Shown here: positions 60,613-64,000 of the stretch, one piece after another
How positions within the stretch are numbered: position 1 is the stretch's first letter
Layout of the letters: the number at the start of each line of letters is the position of its first letter
Assembly (NCBI GenBank): GCA_963678065.2
Contig: CAXXVZ010000003.1
Location: 64,001-128,000, forward strand
Source of the DNA: Treponemataceae bacterium
Lineage (GTDB): Bacteria; Spirochaetota; Spirochaetia; Treponematales; Rectinemataceae
Direction of reading: 5' to 3'
DNA length: 64,000 nt
Made by a program: the position numbers and the translations under genes
Notes under the pieces: generated by a model
Database searches by the model: none
Told to the model about the DNA's origin: nothing
The model's input: the letters and a program-made list of their open reading frames with translations, nothing else

Positions 60613-60708
60613 CTTATTAATCCTTTGCCATGGTTCTTGCGAGAAGATCACGCAAGAACCATGCCAAGCCCTTCGGACACGGATTTAAAGGTTAAGCCAA
60701 TGTTAGAA
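60613..60708 (+). repeat. 3' part of attC14
   Basis: CTTATTAATCC...GGATTTAAAGGTTAAGCCAATGTTAGAA. Confidence 0.88.
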
Positions 60709-60745
60709 GGACACCGCTCACGCGGCGCAAAAGGAGAGCAAAAAC

Positions 60746-61573
60746 ATGAAACAAGAATATAAAGCGGATCTAGATAGTATATTGGCAACACAAAACATTA
60801 ATGGTGGAGAATATTGGTCAACATCAGACGGTGGAATAGCAAAAGGTGTTCCGTTTTCAACATTGGAAGCAGGAATGATGCTTTATGAAATAGGTTATGA
60901 TAATCAAAGTAAAGAAATAAAAGGAATAGCAGATTTAATACTTAAGAACATCAGAGAAGATGGACGGATTAAAGTATATCCATCTGGAACAATATACCCT
61001 TGCCAAACCTCGAATGCAGCAAGAACACTTTCTTGCTTGGGATATTCACGTGATCAAAGATTAGATGCATCGTATTCATATTTCTTGAAAACCCAACAAC
61101 CAGATGGCGGATGGCGCTGCAATGCCTCGAAATTCGGGAATGGTCCTGAAACAAAGTTCTCAAACCCAGGTCCAACATTAACAATACTTGACGTGTTTCG
61201 ATTTACAAAACATCTCAATATTGATGAACAATTAGATAATGCTGTAGAATTCTTATTGAAACATTGGGAAACGAAACTTCCACTCGGTCCTTGCCATTAT
61301 GGAATTGGCACACTATTTATGAAAATTGAGTTTCCAATGGTTAGATATAACGTATTTCATTATGTGTATACATTGTCTTTTTATGATAAAGCAAAAAGAG
61401 ATCCGAGATTCCTTGAAGCGCTAAAAGTGATAACAGACAAATTAGTAAATGATAAAATTGTTACAGAAAGCACAAATAAGAAACTATCAAAGTATGTGTT
61501 TTGCATGACAAATGTCCCGAATGCAATTGCAACAGCGCATTATAATGAGATAGTTGAAAACCTGGAAAAATGA
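60746..61573 (+). CDS. Cassette 15: prenyltransferase/squalene-cyclase-repeat protein
   Basis: QQPDGGWRC, GPCHYGIGTLF, RYNVFHYVYTLS. Confidence 0.7.
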   Translation: MKQEYKADLDSILATQNINGGEYWSTSDGGIAKGVPFSTLEAGMMLYEIGYDNQSKEIKGIADLILKNIREDGRIKVYPSGTIYPCQTSNAARTLSCLGYSRDQRLDASYSYFLKTQQPDGGWRCNASKFGNGPETKFSNPGPTLTILDVFRFTKHLNIDEQLDNAVEFLLKHWETKLPLGPCHYGIGTLFMKIEFPMVRYNVFHYVYTLSFYDKAKRDPRFLEALKVITDKLVNDKIVTESTNKKLSKYVFCMTNVPNAIATAHYNEIVENLEK

Positions 61574-61592
61574 GTTTCTTCTAACACCTGCT

Positions 61593-61640
61593 GTGTGCCA
61601 CGAAATCAGATGGGCACTTTTGAATGCTGATTCAGGAGGT
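61593..61640 (+). mobile_element. 48-bp group II intron 5' stub in truncated attC15
   Basis: TTCTAACACCTGCT | GTGTGCCACGAAATCAGATGGGCAC...CAGGAGGT. Confidence 0.85.
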
Positions 61641-61768
61641 TCGCCGACGAGATGGTGCCGGATTCGGAGGATTTCAAATATCCAAAAGGCTGGAGATGCC
61701 AGATAAGGGGGGACGCAAGCGGGGTCGCCATCGGGACGCGTCGGTGGAAGGATGCTCCCTGCTGAAGT

Positions 61769-61801
61769 AAAAAGGCGCTCCCTTTCGGAAGCGCCTTTTT
61801 T
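61769..61801. terminator. Bidirectional intrinsic terminator (groEL / array end)
   Basis: AAAAAGGCGCT...AGCGCCTTTTTT. Confidence 0.85.
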
Positions 61802-61824
61802 GATTGCAAGGGAAAAGCGGACTT

Positions 61825-64000
<2,176 letters not shown>

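Larger units (their letters stand above)
34314..61592 (+). mobile_element. Integron cassette array, 15 cassettes
   Basis: Each cassette's GTT core is complementary to its closing ...AAC box (exact in 13, imperfect in cassettes 11 and 14). Confidence 0.95.

Noticed and set aside
59322..60620. Intact transposase with a novel C-terminus
   Set aside because: The tail is read-through into intron DV/DVI after a deletion junction near 60463.

Overview
GC-rich chromosomal window. The GroEL sequence and the co-oriented integron layout suggest a Spirochaetia/Treponema-like host (inference). It has three parts. (1) 1-22.7 kb: prfC, an ArsR/ArsP-type pair, and a ~15.6 kb gas vesicle locus (minus strand). 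The locus resembles the Serratia 39006 gvp/gvr set with its two blocks swapped, a sigma-54 promoter in front of gvpA, and extra genes (tandem ArsA/Get3 ATPase, DnaJ-type zinc finger, zinc ribbon). A NarX/NarL-like pair lies upstream. (2) 22.9-32.8 kb: housekeeping genes (asd, CBS, PAP2, PHP-ACT fusion, proBA, 5'-nucleotidase). (3) 33.0-61.6 kb: a chromosomal integron with intI in the same orientation as 15 mostly AT-rich cassettes, one carrying a 4.7 kb Avs4 anti-phage gene. In the distal half, the attC sites are hit by three kinds of mobile element: an IS3 in R''; an IS110/IS1111-family element at L' with a junction promoter and a candidate guide RNA; and RmInt1-like group II introns inserted three times on the top strand at the same attC nucleotide. 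One intron relic brackets cargo genes. The window ends with groEL and a partial RluA gene. All calls were made by eye; no searches were run.
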